Part shown: positions 45,351 through 54,775 of the stretch, piece by piece
Numbering within the stretch: position 1 is the first letter of the stretch
Layout of the letters: each line of letters begins with the position of its first letter
NCBI GenBank assembly: GCA_963769935.1
Contig: CAVYNY010000033.1
Location: forward strand, 1 to 64,000
Direction of reading: 5' to 3'
From: an uncultured delta proteobacterium
Lineage (GTDB): Bacteria; Desulfobacterota; Desulfobacteria; Desulfobacterales; JAFDCJ01
DNA: 64,000 bases
The notes under the pieces: model-generated
What the model was told of the DNA's origin: nothing
What the model saw: only the letters and a program-made list of their open reading frames with translations
The model's database searches: none
Position numbers and translations under genes: made by a program

Positions 45351-45797
45351 TCAATTATAGGCCAGCCGGGTTTGCTCATCTGCATATGTCGGTTCAATGA
45401 TGTCCTGCCACTCAGGATCAGCCCACGTTTTCAATTGATCGTGCATTTCCATATACTTTTGCGGGATCGGGTGAGTACCATAAACGACTTCAAGGCCGTA
45501 TTTTTTTGTGATGTAATCATGAAAATACCTGATGTGCGGGCATGGGGGATATCCGACCACGAGTCCGGTGGCGAGATGGATCACTTCGGCGCCGTTTTTT
45601 TTCATTTCATCCACCGTGTACTCTACATTGCCGCCGGGGCATCCATCGCAGGAGGTGTAGCCGACCAGGTCTACATCCAGACCTTTATAGCGGCTGAAGG
45701 CCCCCTCCCGATTTTGCAATGATCTGAAACACTTTCCACCGGCGCACGTTCGGTACCGGTTACATATGATGATTCCGATTTTGGTCTTTTTCCCCAT
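45351..45797 (-). CDS. CGGC domain protein
   Basis: IGIIIC..CAGGKC, CDGCPG, IHLATG..PPCP, VVYGTH. Confidence 0.85.
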   Translation of the reverse strand: MGKKTKIGIIICNRYRTCAGGKCFRSLQNREGAFSRYKGLDVDLVGYTSCDGCPGGNVEYTVDEMKKNGAEVIHLATGLVVGYPPCPHIRYFHDYITKKYGLEVVYGTHPIPQKYMEMHDQLKTWADPEWQDIIEPTYADEQTRLAYN

Positions 45798-45964
45798 GAT
45801 ACCTCCTACTTGAAAAAAAATTGTTTGGGATCCCATCCGCGCTGCCGAAATAGCCGGGCTGCAAACCCGTGGACGGCATTGGCCGCAGTGTGGGCAGAAA
45901 CTCTACCGGCCCGGCGGTTTCACACAGCGGTCAAATCTTCATTTAACCATCAGGACGAAGAAGG

Positions 45965-46200
45965 CTATGATAGCAACTCCAGCGCGATCCGGCAATAGGA
46001 TTCAAGACCCAAAGCCAGAACCTCTTCATTGAAATCAAATTTGGAATTGTGAACCGGGGCGCCTCCTTCCCGTCCGACCCCCAGGAAGAAAAAACAGCCC
46101 TTGGCTTTTTCCAGAAAAAAGGACAAGTCCTTTACATCCATGGTCGACTCAGGCTCTGCGACTCTGTCTTCACCCACCACCTGCCGGGCGCATTTGCAGG
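45965..46200 (-). pseudogene. C-terminal fragment of an M20 amidohydrolase
   Basis: DLSFFLEKAKGCFFFLGVG..VHNSKFDFNEEVL; the N-terminal ~300 codons are absent and the TIR-EEP gene lies in their place. Confidence 0.75.
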
Positions 46201-46229
46201 GAACAACATCCTGATTTATTCCGCCTGAT

Positions 46230-47711
46230 TTATTCCGCGGCCTCAGACTCGGGAAACTTCAGCTCCATCCACAGGGGCAGGTGGTCGGACAGTTGCTCGG
46301 TGCGCCAACGCTTGAAAGTTTCCGCCTGCCGTTTGCCGTCGCCCGGGACGGCGTGGGCATAGGCCTCGGTGTCGGGCTCGCGCAGCACGTGTTCGAAGGG
46401 CAGAAACGATCCGGAGCGACCGATGGTGACTGCCCCGGACGCATTGACCAGCAATCCGATCAGGTCGTAGAAGCCGTCCGGACGAAAAGCGCTGGTGGGG
46501 TGGATATGTTCAGGCGGTGCGGCGAAACCCTCGCGGCGGAAGGCCTGCACGGCGGGAGAGTCGGCGCTGCGAATGTTGAAGTTGCCGGCCAGTATGATGT
46601 TTTCCCCATCGCGCCCGGCAACGCGCTTCAAAAAGCGCGCCAGGGTCTCGCACTCGCGGATCCCGGGCTTGGGATCTCCGCTGCCGAAGTGGATATGCGC
46701 GGCACACATCCTGAAACGAAAATCGCCGGCGCGGAAGCCTGCGAGCAGCGGCTTGCGTGCGAACTGCCGCCCGTCGATCAACAGGTTGTCCGGCAGCACG
46801 ACCTCGCCGCTGATGTGCTCAAAGGACACCCGCGGCTGGTAGTACAGGATCGCAAAGCGTTCGTTGCTGCCCAGGGTGCCTTCGGTGATGTCGGTGATGA
46901 AGTAGCCCCACTCCGGTCCCATGATCTCCAGCAGGGCACGCAGGGACGCGAGGTGCCGGTCGATCTTTTGCAGGGAGATCACGTCGAAGGCCGACAGGAT
47001 CTGCGCCATGTAGAACAGAGCCTCACCCCAGGGAGCACGCCGACCGAACTTGTTCAGGCACCAGTTGGCTACCAGCAGGTTGTCCTTGAGGCGCCGGGGA
47101 ATATCGTTTACAAGCGCCGGGCGCAGGCGTGCCAAGCCGGACAGGGTGCGGGCACGTTCGGGCGGATCGAGGCTTACCAGCTCAGCGTCGGTGAAATAGT
47201 GGGGCGCCGGGTCGAAGGCACCGCCGCATTCCAGCAGAAGGCCCAGGGCCGCCCGCCGGATGCCGGCCACCACGTCGTCCATAGCGCGCAGCGGGTCGTC
47301 CCAGTCGGTGATCGGCCTGGCTTTGTAAGGCAGGCTCTCGAACCGCGCCAGGGGCAGATCCTCGAACTCCGGGACCTCCTCCACGAGCACCGGTACGGGC
47401 ACCGAGACTCGCATTTCGTGCAGCTCCAGGGCCAGGCGCATCTCCACTTCGGCGATGTAGCGCGACGCAAGAAAGGCCTTGCTGACGAGCAGCACGACGA
47501 TGTCCGCGCCGCGCAGGTTTTCATCGATCACATCCGACCACTCGGTACCGGGAACGATGGCCCCGTCGTACCATGTGATCACCAGCCCTTCTCTTTCCAG
47601 GATGTCCAGGTGACGGTCCAACGCCTGGCGGGTATCTGCATTTTCGTGGGCGTAGCAGAAAAACAACTTCAGCGGTCGGCGCTTGACAGGGCGCTCCGGA
47701 GGCGAATTCAT
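46230..47711 (-). CDS. TIR domain fused to an endonuclease/exonuclease/phosphatase (EEP, DNase I-like) domain
   Basis: TIR: LFFCYAHEN..WYD..PGTEW..ADIVVLLVS..FLAS.Y..EVEM. EEP: LLVANW, FDVISLQK, ERFAILY, HIHFG, IILAGNFNI, YD, SDHLPLW. Confidence 0.82.
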   Translation of the reverse strand: MNSPPERPVKRRPLKLFFCYAHENADTRQALDRHLDILEREGLVITWYDGAIVPGTEWSDVIDENLRGADIVVLLVSKAFLASRYIAEVEMRLALELHEMRVSVPVPVLVEEVPEFEDLPLARFESLPYKARPITDWDDPLRAMDDVVAGIRRAALGLLLECGGAFDPAPHYFTDAELVSLDPPERARTLSGLARLRPALVNDIPRRLKDNLLVANWCLNKFGRRAPWGEALFYMAQILSAFDVISLQKIDRHLASLRALLEIMGPEWGYFITDITEGTLGSNERFAILYYQPRVSFEHISGEVVLPDNLLIDGRQFARKPLLAGFRAGDFRFRMCAAHIHFGSGDPKPGIRECETLARFLKRVAGRDGENIILAGNFNIRSADSPAVQAFRREGFAAPPEHIHPTSAFRPDGFYDLIGLLVNASGAVTIGRSGSFLPFEHVLREPDTEAYAHAVPGDGKRQAETFKRWRTEQLSDHLPLWMELKFPESEAAE

Positions 47712-48003
47712 GGCCGTTCTCCTTGGCAAAAGGATAGTGTGTTGCAAAGGTTCAGGGTCCCAAATCTTTATCCGTGATCTAATATTTGGAAGCAGTCATT
47801 CGTCAAATATCATTGACATCATAAAATCTCAAATGATAATCGATAGTCTTGATTGATCCAATCGGATGCCAGGGGGGCAACTTTTAATTACGCCGGCCTG
47901 AAAAATAGCAACACCAGGTTTTGATAAGGATTGTCGTCCAATTGTGCCTGATGAGAATGCTTTATGTTGCTCAGGCGTGCGGTGAAATAAGAGAGGCGTT
48001 CTT

Positions 48004-49221
48004 ATGAAAGAAACCACGTTTGAAGCCCATGGCTATCGCTGGATAGTACTTCTGGTCTACTGCATAATCCAGGCGGTGATGCAGATGCTCTGGATTTCTT
48101 TTGCTCCGATTACCGGTGAGGCCGCCGGGTTTTATCATGTCAGCCCGCTCCAGGTGGGCTTCCTTGCCATGAGTTTTATGATCGTTTATATCTTTGTGTC
48201 CTTTCCCGCTTCATGGACAATCGACACTTTCGGTATCCGCAAAGGGGTTGGATTTGGGGTTGTCCTGACGGGAATCTTCGGTTTAACCCGCGGGCTTTTC
48301 GGCAGCGACTACACCTATGTCCTGATTTCCATGATCGGGCTTGCGATCGCTCAGCCGTTTATCCTGAACTCCATTACCAGTTTGACTGCCAGATGGTTTC
48401 CTTTGGAGCAGCGGGCAACTGCAGCCGGCTTGGCGGTAATGTCTCAGTTCATCGGTATTGTAATTGGAATGGCCGCCACCCCCTTTCTGGCAATCAAATT
48501 CGGCATCCCGGGAATGCTCCAAATTTATGGCGCCGTTGCCGTCGCCGGTGCCGTCTGTTTTATCATATTCATAAAGCCGGCGCCGCCGGCACCTGCCGGT
48601 GAAGTCCCGCAGCGTGAAGGTTTCCTTGAAGGGCTGAAGAACCTTTTTAAAATCCGGATTATGATCATTCTGATCACTATTTTCTTTATCGGTTTGGGAT
48701 TATTCAATGCCATAACCACCTGGATCGAACAGGTCATTGCCCCGCGGGGATTCAATGCCATACAGGCCGGAACACTCGGAGCCGTGCTGATGGTCAGCGG
48801 TATTACCGGCTGTTTAATTGTTCCGCCGCTTTCCGATAAATATCGCCAAAGAAAACTATTCATTGTCATTTGCATTATTTTCAGTGCGCCCGGGCTTATC
48901 GGGCTCACCTTTGCAACCGCCTACTGGCTCCTGCTCATTTCCGGTATTTTCCTCGGATTTTTTCTGCTCAGCGCCGCTCCCGTCATTTTTCAGTATGCCG
49001 CAGAAGCCAGCTATCCAACTCCGGAAGCAACCTCTCAGGGAGTGCTGATGTTGTCCGGCCAAATCGCCGGCATCATCTTTATCCTGGGCATGGACTATTT
49101 CAGGACCGAATCAGGTTCGATGACTCCCTTTCTGATCGTTCTTATCGGTCTCTCTCTTGTTGACATTTTACTGTCTCTCATGCTCAAGGAGTCCAAAATG
49201 ATTGAGTCTGTCGCAAAGTGA
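48004..49221 (+). CDS. MFS transporter
   Basis: About twelve TMs, IDTFGIRKG, ARWFPLEQRATA, LSDKYRQRK. Confidence 0.9.
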   Translation: MKETTFEAHGYRWIVLLVYCIIQAVMQMLWISFAPITGEAAGFYHVSPLQVGFLAMSFMIVYIFVSFPASWTIDTFGIRKGVGFGVVLTGIFGLTRGLFGSDYTYVLISMIGLAIAQPFILNSITSLTARWFPLEQRATAAGLAVMSQFIGIVIGMAATPFLAIKFGIPGMLQIYGAVAVAGAVCFIIFIKPAPPAPAGEVPQREGFLEGLKNLFKIRIMIILITIFFIGLGLFNAITTWIEQVIAPRGFNAIQAGTLGAVLMVSGITGCLIVPPLSDKYRQRKLFIVICIIFSAPGLIGLTFATAYWLLLISGIFLGFFLLSAAPVIFQYAAEASYPTPEATSQGVLMLSGQIAGIIFILGMDYFRTESGSMTPFLIVLIGLSLVDILLSLMLKESKMIESVAK

Positions 49222-49240
49222 GACCTTAGATGTCCATTTC

Positions 49241-50227
49241 CTACTTCCACACGCCCACAATCGGTTTCGCACCCCCGTCTCCCTCTCCCAGGGCACACAG
49301 ACCGAAATTTTCCTCGATGGTACGCAGCACATTGTAGTGGTTGTAGTTGCTTTTTGCTTCCTTATTGGGTTTCACCATCCCGCCCAGAAAGACCGTGTAG
49401 ATGTGATTATCGGATCCCGGCGACTCGTCGCGCGATTCGTCGAAGGTCACGACAATTAGAGTTTTTTTCATGAAAGCTTCATCGTTAAGCAGTGGATCCA
49501 AAAAACCCTTTAACCATGTCGATGCAAACTTCAGGCTCGTGTCGTGTCCGTCGTTATCCAAGTCGGGCGAGTAAAACGAATAGGCCGGCAAATTCTTTCG
49601 GTCTAAATCGAATTGGTCGGCAGCCACGATGTGGCTGCATTTTTCCTCGTCGTCCTGGATCGAAGAAAAGCTCATGAACGGCACGTGCTTTCTCGCATAT
49701 CTGCCTCTGCGATCATTTGTATAGCAGCGGTTGGGGTATGGGTTCAGTTCATCTGGCTCCGGATACCCTTGAGCATAATTCTTCCAGTCCAGCCCCTTGG
49801 AAACCAATAAATCAGCGATAGAGCAGACGTCTTTCAAATCAACCTGCCTATCGAAATGGGTGACGATATCCTTGCCGGCCACCATTGCCAGGTAATTTGA
49901 ATAGGAGGGATGGAAGCGGCCGTGAAAATTGCTGAAGCAGGCCCCCTCCCGCGCAAGCTGATGAAGGTAGTCGTCAGTGATTGCTTCCTGGTAGTCGCGA
50001 TTTTCCAGAACGATGATGAGAACACGCTCGAAGCGATTCGTCGCCTTAAACGTGGTGGGACACCGGCAGTTCGATTGACTGTTGGGGTAGGTCCGCGAGG
50101 TCTCCTCCACCGTGGTGCTTTCGAAATTACAGCCGGCGAGGATACTGCACCCGCTGATTAAAATCACGCAAATGCCAAGCCAGGCAAAGCAGACATATAG
50201 TCTATGCCGGCAACTCGCAACCATCAT
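49241..50227 (-). CDS. Exported phosphoesterase (acid phosphatase/phospholipase C-like family)
   Basis: IIVLEN, HPSYSNYLAMVAG, YARKHVPF, NDGHD, VVTFDE, YNHYNVLRTIE; N-terminal lipoprotein-like signal. Confidence 0.85.
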   Translation of the reverse strand: MMVASCRHRLYVCFAWLGICVILISGCSILAGCNFESTTVEETSRTYPNSQSNCRCPTTFKATNRFERVLIIVLENRDYQEAITDDYLHQLAREGACFSNFHGRFHPSYSNYLAMVAGKDIVTHFDRQVDLKDVCSIADLLVSKGLDWKNYAQGYPEPDELNPYPNRCYTNDRRGRYARKHVPFMSFSSIQDDEEKCSHIVAADQFDLDRKNLPAYSFYSPDLDNDGHDTSLKFASTWLKGFLDPLLNDEAFMKKTLIVVTFDESRDESPGSDNHIYTVFLGGMVKPNKEAKSNYNHYNVLRTIEENFGLCALGEGDGGAKPIVGVWK

Positions 50228-50582
50228 ATTTCCTTCCTGCGCCCTGTGAAGCCGGGCAGGTCCTTCTAAAGCTTTTATTCTAAATGATTCCGAGACTTGG
50301 GAAAGTTAGACGAACGCGGCAATAGCAAATTAGACTTAGTTTCAAATCATAAAGTTGTCAATTTATTATTTATTGGGATCTGTTTTTGCCCTCCGACGAA
50401 CACAGAGTTTAGCCGATAATAAGGTGCCTTTCTTCATAAAATACATGATTTACCCTATTTAAATCAGAATGAAATTGGCTAATTTTGGACAGTTGATTAC
50501 GTTGTTGGAAAGACCGGTCCTTAGGCCGGGGGTGTTCACTAAGCTCAACGAAAACCGATTTAAAGACAAAGGAGGCATTAAC

Positions 50583-51080
50583 ATGCAGTCATTACTTCAC
50601 AATAACAAATTGGTTGCAATCCTGGTAGCATGCGGATTTGTTTATTTCCTTGGAATTTCGCAGGCCCTGGCACAGTCGGATACCTCGGCAGAGAAGACGC
50701 TGATTCAAGGTGTTGATCAGATGATGGCCGGCAAACAAATGTTGATCAATGCTCTGCAGAAACAGATGTTGGATAAAGACCCTAAGTTAGAAAATGGAAT
50801 AAATTTGCTTAACGACGGTGAGAAACTGGCCATGACGGGCAAGAATCTGATGAAGGAGAAAGCCGAAAGCGGAAAAATAAAAGGCAAAGAGGAAATTATG
50901 AGCGGGACCTCCAAAATGATGGAAGGCAAGGATGATATCATGAACGAGTTGAAGGCCAGGGGGATGATGAAGGAAGGCAACCTCAAGGAGGCTGAAGTAG
51001 ACCTTAAAAACGGAGATAATACGATGATGGATGGAAAGAACAGGATGATGGATGGTTTCAAAAATATCGATTGGGACTGA
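50583..51080 (+). CDS. Met/Lys/Gly-rich exported helical-repeat protein
   Basis: AAGGAGG RBS, signal peptide (ALA), repeated G...MM.GK..MM units. Confidence 0.7.
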   Translation: MQSLLHNNKLVAILVACGFVYFLGISQALAQSDTSAEKTLIQGVDQMMAGKQMLINALQKQMLDKDPKLENGINLLNDGEKLAMTGKNLMKEKAESGKIKGKEEIMSGTSKMMEGKDDIMNELKARGMMKEGNLKEAEVDLKNGDNTMMDGKNRMMDGFKNIDWD

Positions 51081-51165
51081 AGCACGGCTTTCCTTCAGAT
51101 TTGACAGGCCGCACAGGGGCGGTGCATATAGGCCACGTCAATCCATCGCCATCGGAATGGGTTAC

Positions 51166-51208
51166 AGGGGCTGGAAGCGCCCGAAACGGTTTCCAGCCCC
51201 TTTTATTT
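51166..51208 (+). terminator. Rho-independent terminator
   Basis: AGGGGCTGGAA ... TTCCAGCCCCT followed by TTTATTT. Confidence 0.65.
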
Positions 51209-51340
51209 CCGGAAGCCGGCATGGCAAATTTTTATCCGTGATTTATCGGTTTTCTCAGGCACCAAATCAAGATACGATACCCATGTTCTTTGCGTAAAAC
51301 CGCTGTCTTAAAGCCGTTGCTCCATGCATTGGAGCAATTT

Positions 51341-51760
51341 TCATTTTGTCCGCCCCAGGTTGTCGGTAAAATAATCCGGGTATAACTGCCTGGCACAATC
51401 AGGACAAATGCTATGGGAAAATCGGGCCAGAGAATGCTTGCTGATGTAGTTTTCCATTTCCTCCCATTGGTCTTTGGCGTTCCTGATTTTTTTACAGTTG
51501 GCACAAATCGGTATGAAACCCTCTAAGATCCTAATCCGCTTATATAATTTCTTAAGCAATCTGATTTGAAGTACCATTACAATTAGAAAAATTGATAGTT
51601 CAATTATAATTTCACCGATTCTTTGTGAATATGACGTGGGGGCATCATTAAATATATAATGAGGAATGTCTATAATTTCATTTCCCACTGTTAAACACAA
51701 AAAGAGTACAACCACAACAAGCTGCGTGATGGCCAACATTCGGGCTGTTTTATTTTTCAT
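51341..51760 (-). CDS. Two-TM protein with C-terminal Cys/His zinc-ribbon domain
   Basis: LEGFIPICANCKKIR..WEEMENYI..FSHSICPDC, a motif commonly found at the C-terminus of deltaproteobacterial signalling proteins. Confidence 0.75.
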   Translation of the reverse strand: MKNKTARMLAITQLVVVVLFLCLTVGNEIIDIPHYIFNDAPTSYSQRIGEIIIELSIFLIVMVLQIRLLKKLYKRIRILEGFIPICANCKKIRNAKDQWEEMENYISKHSLARFSHSICPDCARQLYPDYFTDNLGRTK

Positions 51761-52038
51761 GTTAAAGCCTCTCCAGATTAGCGGTCGACTGTGCCGGTAT
51801 CTTATTGCCGGCTGCTCATCTCGCCTGCGCTTTTTCTTTATCACTCCTGAACACAGGCCTTCACCGGCTTCATCCGCCGCCGCAGGATTCGCAAATAGGG
51901 TGACTTTCCTCCTAAAATATATGAGCGAACCTGTTTAAATCGGCAAAGAATCGAATAGCTTCCGGGCTGTTAAAAAATTGAGGTGCCCAAAAGGCCAGTG
52001 TAATTCTAACTAAAATTGATTGAAAAACAAGGGACCAC

Positions 52039-52167
52039 GAGGAAAATATTAGCGGGATCTCCCGGATGATGGCGGGCAAGGATGAGACTATGAATGAATT
52101 GAAGCCCGCAGGCATGATACAGGAGGGCAACCTCAAGCCGGCTGAAGCAGACCTGAAACAAGGGTAA
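52039..52167 (+). pseudogene. Diverged partial copy of the Met-rich gene at 50583-51080
   Basis: EENISGISRMMAGKDETMNELKPAGMIQEGNLKPAEADLKQG* aligns with EEIMSGTSKMMEGKDDIMNELKARGMMKEGNLKEAEVDLKNG; in-frame stop upstream at 52021. Confidence 0.7.
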
Positions 52168-52183
52168 GGTACAGGCACTAAAT

Positions 52184-52547
52184 TTATCCGGCGCGTGTGC
52201 CATTCGGCAGCGGGATTTCAGGCATCGCTAAAACCGGCGTTAATCCGTCAGCGTATCCGATGTCAAACAACATCCCTTCGGAGATTTCGCCCATCATCTT
52301 TTTGGGTGCCAGATTGACGACGAATAAAGCTTGTTTGCCCTCGATTTCTCTCGGGTCCTGCCTTTCCTGCTTCATTCCAGCCAAAATTTTTCTTTTGTGA
52401 TCACCGAAATCAACAATCAGCCGTACCAATTTCTCAGCGCCTTGGACATCCTCAACCAATTCAATTGTCCCTGACGCGAATATCAATTTTTTCAAGAATG
52501 TCAAAGGAAATAGCCGGTTTTATGGGAGCAACTTCTATTGTTTTCAT
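52184..52547 (-). CDS. tRNA-binding OB-fold protein (CsaA/Trbp111-like; frameshift near 52475)
   Basis: APIKPAISFDILEKIDIRV / GTIELVEDV..KL..VDFG..VVNLAPKKMMGEISEGML; GAGGTG RBS. Confidence 0.82.
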
Positions 52548-52579
52548 ATGATCATCACCTCTTTGAACTGTTTATATTC

Positions 52580-52646
52580 GCTTGACGCTTGGCGTTGCCG
52601 ACGCGCGGCGGTCTATCGCGCGTCAGTGTAACTGTCTGGGTTGGCG
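52580..52646 (-). mobile_element. attC-like site (degenerate R' GTCAAGC)
   Basis: Minus strand CGCCAAC...TGACGCGCG-ATAGACCGC-CGCGCGTCGG...GTCAAGC, located between a stop codon and the next RBS. Confidence 0.5.
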
Positions 52647-52653
52647 ACGTTTT

Positions 52654-52764
52654 TTATTTTATTGAAAAACGTATTGCAACGTTGCGAAACGATTCACGGA
52701 TGATACGTGCAAGAATATCAAGATCATCCAAGGTTGCTTCTCGAATCATAGCAAATTGGTTCAT
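52654..52764 (-). pseudogene. Truncated GNAT-like cassette ORF (36 aa)
   Basis: MNQFAMIREATLDDLDILARIIRESFRNVAIRFSIK* resembles a GNAT N-terminus; bounded by GTTGGCA and CGCCAAC. Confidence 0.55.
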
Positions 52765-52772
52765 AGCAATAC

Positions 52773-52844
52773 TGCCAACGATAGCCGTCAGCCGCTCACG
52801 TGAAGCGCCGCTGGACGCGAGTCGGCTGGGCGCCTGTGTTGGGC
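52773..52844 (-). mobile_element. attC-like site
   Basis: Minus strand GCCCAAC...CAGCCG...CGGCTG...GTTGGCA, a 72-bp imperfect palindrome with AAC/GTT ends. Confidence 0.65.
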
Positions 52845-52859
52845 GGCAATCAGTAATTC

Positions 52860-53095
52860 CAAACGTTTTTTAAGTTGCGATTTGCTTTTCCGGTACATCC
52901 ATTGAGCGTTGTCAGCGGGGTATAAGCAGGCCGGCACCCAGCCGCAACAAGTTCCAGACACCGAAGTCGCGCTCGAAATCCCAACCCATTGCCTCAGCGA
53001 TTACCTTAAAATCCTGGGCGAGCACTTTGAGGTGCCCAAAACGAAAGGCCGCTCCCCAATGAGCCTTGTTTTTGATAAAGGAAAGTTTGTCGAGT
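52860..53095 (-). pseudogene. C-terminal fragment of an EVE-domain protein
   Basis: Manual translation LDKLSFIKNKAHWGAAFRFGHLKVLAQDFKVIAEAMG matches the EVE (UPF0310-type) C-terminus; no N-terminus or start. Confidence 0.6.
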
Positions 53096-53101
53096 CAAGA
53101 A

Positions 53102-53533
53102 TCACGTTTCCGACACTGCCAACCCAACGAGCGATTTTATTACATCAGGAAAGTCAGAAGAAACCGCTGGTCCGACCTCGTCGCAACCGGGTCCGGTTGC
53201 CTCCACGGCATAGGTCACCTTAGTGCGATGTGCGCTCAGGCGTTCGATCCGATGGGCGACAACAATAACCAACTCGCCGACCCGTGTCTCATCGACAAAT
53301 AGCTCATTCTCGCGAACTTCAATCAACCGTGTCAACAAAGGTTCCTGCCCGGGCGGAGTCATCGTAAACTCAGTTCCCACAGCAAACGGCCCTCTCATCT
53401 CAATCTGCTCGATGCCCGCATTCCACTTTTTCCATCCAGGCACATCAACGAAAAGGCGCCAAATTTCCTCCGGCGATGCCGAAGTCTCGATGCTGTATTC
53501 ATAACACCACTTGTCTTGTTGATGTAGTTTCAT
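53102..53533 (-). CDS. SRPBCC/polyketide cyclase family protein
   Basis: SIETSASPEEIWRLFVDVPGWKKWN, GPFAVGTEF. Confidence 0.85.
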   Translation of the reverse strand: MKLHQQDKWCYEYSIETSASPEEIWRLFVDVPGWKKWNAGIEQIEMRGPFAVGTEFTMTPPGQEPLLTRLIEVRENELFVDETRVGELVIVVAHRIERLSAHRTKVTYAVEATGPGCDEVGPAVSSDFPDVIKSLVGLAVSET

Positions 53534-53614
53534 ATTGATTTCTCCATTTATGAAAATCTAACCCGTTATGATGAATCATGTTATTCGGAGCTCTTTTCTC
53601 TTCTTTATGAAATC

Positions 53615-54087
53615 TTGGGGACGGGCATTGATTTATTGGCATAAATTACCCCATCAATCTAAGTTCCTTTTCTTTTACAATCTTTTCGTCCCGTTTTACC
53701 GACTGGCTGGCCGTAGTAGCTTGTGAAATGCCAAGCTTTTAGGTTCGTCTCCTTTAATCCGGTCTTTGCCACCACGCACTGCTTTGCCCGCCCGCCAACC
53801 GCCAATGCTGCGAATTAGACACCCTCCAACCAATTCAGGCCTTTTACCGCCTCTAACGGCATTATTTACAAAGGAATCACAATCTTCATGGTCCAAAAAA
53901 TATTTTCCGGCGTTCGATTCCGCGAATTATAATATGGTGTAGCGCACGCGCAGCATCAATTCTGGTTTTTCGTGGCATGTCTGTTCAAATATCCGCCTGC
54001 TTCCATCTGTCAATCAATAAATCAATACCCGTCCCTAATATTCCCCTAATATTCCCTATAAATCAATACCCGTCCCTAATATTCCCT
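53615..54087 (-). mobile_element. Internally deleted Y1/HUH (RAYT/IS200-like) transposase remnant with inverted ends
   Basis: From ATG 53978: MPRKTRIDAARALHHIIIRGIERRKIF..DCDSFV joined directly to GKRPELVGG.LIRSIGGW..RIKGDE. 24-bp inverted ends at 53615-53638 and 54015-54038, with a second right-end copy near 54059-54080. Confidence 0.7.
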
Positions 54088-54258
54088 TGGGCTTCAAACC
54101 CACTCCACATATGGAACTTTTGGGACGCCCATAAAATTATAACATTAGTGGCAATCACAAAGAGAAACTTATAATTTAATGTCCTTGATATTTCTTGTTG
54201 TGCAAACTTGAAAGGCCTTTCAGCCCGCTGGCTATCCACAAACGTTCAATCAAAGAAA

Positions 54259-54623
54259 TGATGAAGATGAAAAAGCGACTCCGTAAGAAAAAGCACCTTG
54301 GTGAGTTTGCTGAGTGGGGACGGCAATTCGTCATCACGAGAAATCGCAAAGACGGATTCGACGAATTCCTTGGCGCTTTCATCAAGGAAGCCATTGAATC
54401 TAACGGATGTTACTGCGGCGGTGGCGGAAAGGAAGACAAGCTGATTATGGTAGTGGAGCTTGGCCGCCGCTCGAACGATCCTGAAGCCATAATGAAAAAG
54501 ATTACTGCATGGCTCGATGCTCGATCTGATATAGAGAACTGGAGGATGGGCGAGGAGTTTGATCTCTGGCACGGGAACTTGCAGGATATCGAAGACGAGA
54601 TCGAACAGCAGGATTCAGCCTGA
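54259..54623 (+). CDS. YggL/DUF469 family protein (cassette-borne)
   Basis: KKRLRKKKHLGEFAEWG, FIKEAIESNG..GGGG, ending DLWHG. Confidence 0.8.
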
Positions 54624-54707
54624 CACCAAAAGCCGGCGCGATTTAGAGCCCAAATCGAAACGCCTGTGCAGGCAGGCTTTTTGTGCAGCTGGTCCTGGAC
54701 GTTCTAC
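54600..54707 (+). mobile_element. attC-like site
   Basis: ATCGAAC-AGCAGGATTCAGC..CACCAAAAGCC ... GGCTTTTTGTG-CAGCTGGTCCTG-GACGTTCTAC; overlaps the upstream gene's stop. Confidence 0.65.
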
Positions 54708-54717
54708 TTCTTGAATC

Positions 54718-54759
54718 TTGACAAAATTATTGTTTGTTGTACAATTGTCACATTGTCAA
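54718..54759 (+). promoter_or_regulatory. Promoter/operator of the toxin-antitoxin pair
   Basis: TTGACA-16 nt-TACAAT overlapped by the palindrome TTGTACAA and tandem ATTGTCA repeats. Confidence 0.55.
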
Positions 54760-54775
54760 ATTCGGGAGGCAAAAC

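Noticed and set aside
46281..47777. Long antisense ORFs (498 aa here; also 42979-44106 and 11610-12491)
   Set aside because: Shadows of GC-rich genes on the opposite strand, with no recognisable motifs.
1..52547. Many frameshifts as mass pseudogenisation or programmed frameshifting
   Set aside because: Single-base indels hit unrelated genes whose motifs are otherwise intact, often at short homopolymers, which fits long-read consensus error. Read polishing would settle it.
54181..54250. attI site or integrase upstream of the YggL-like cassette
   Set aside because: A GTT core is present at 54244 but no integrase gene is adjacent and attI cannot be recognised from sequence alone.
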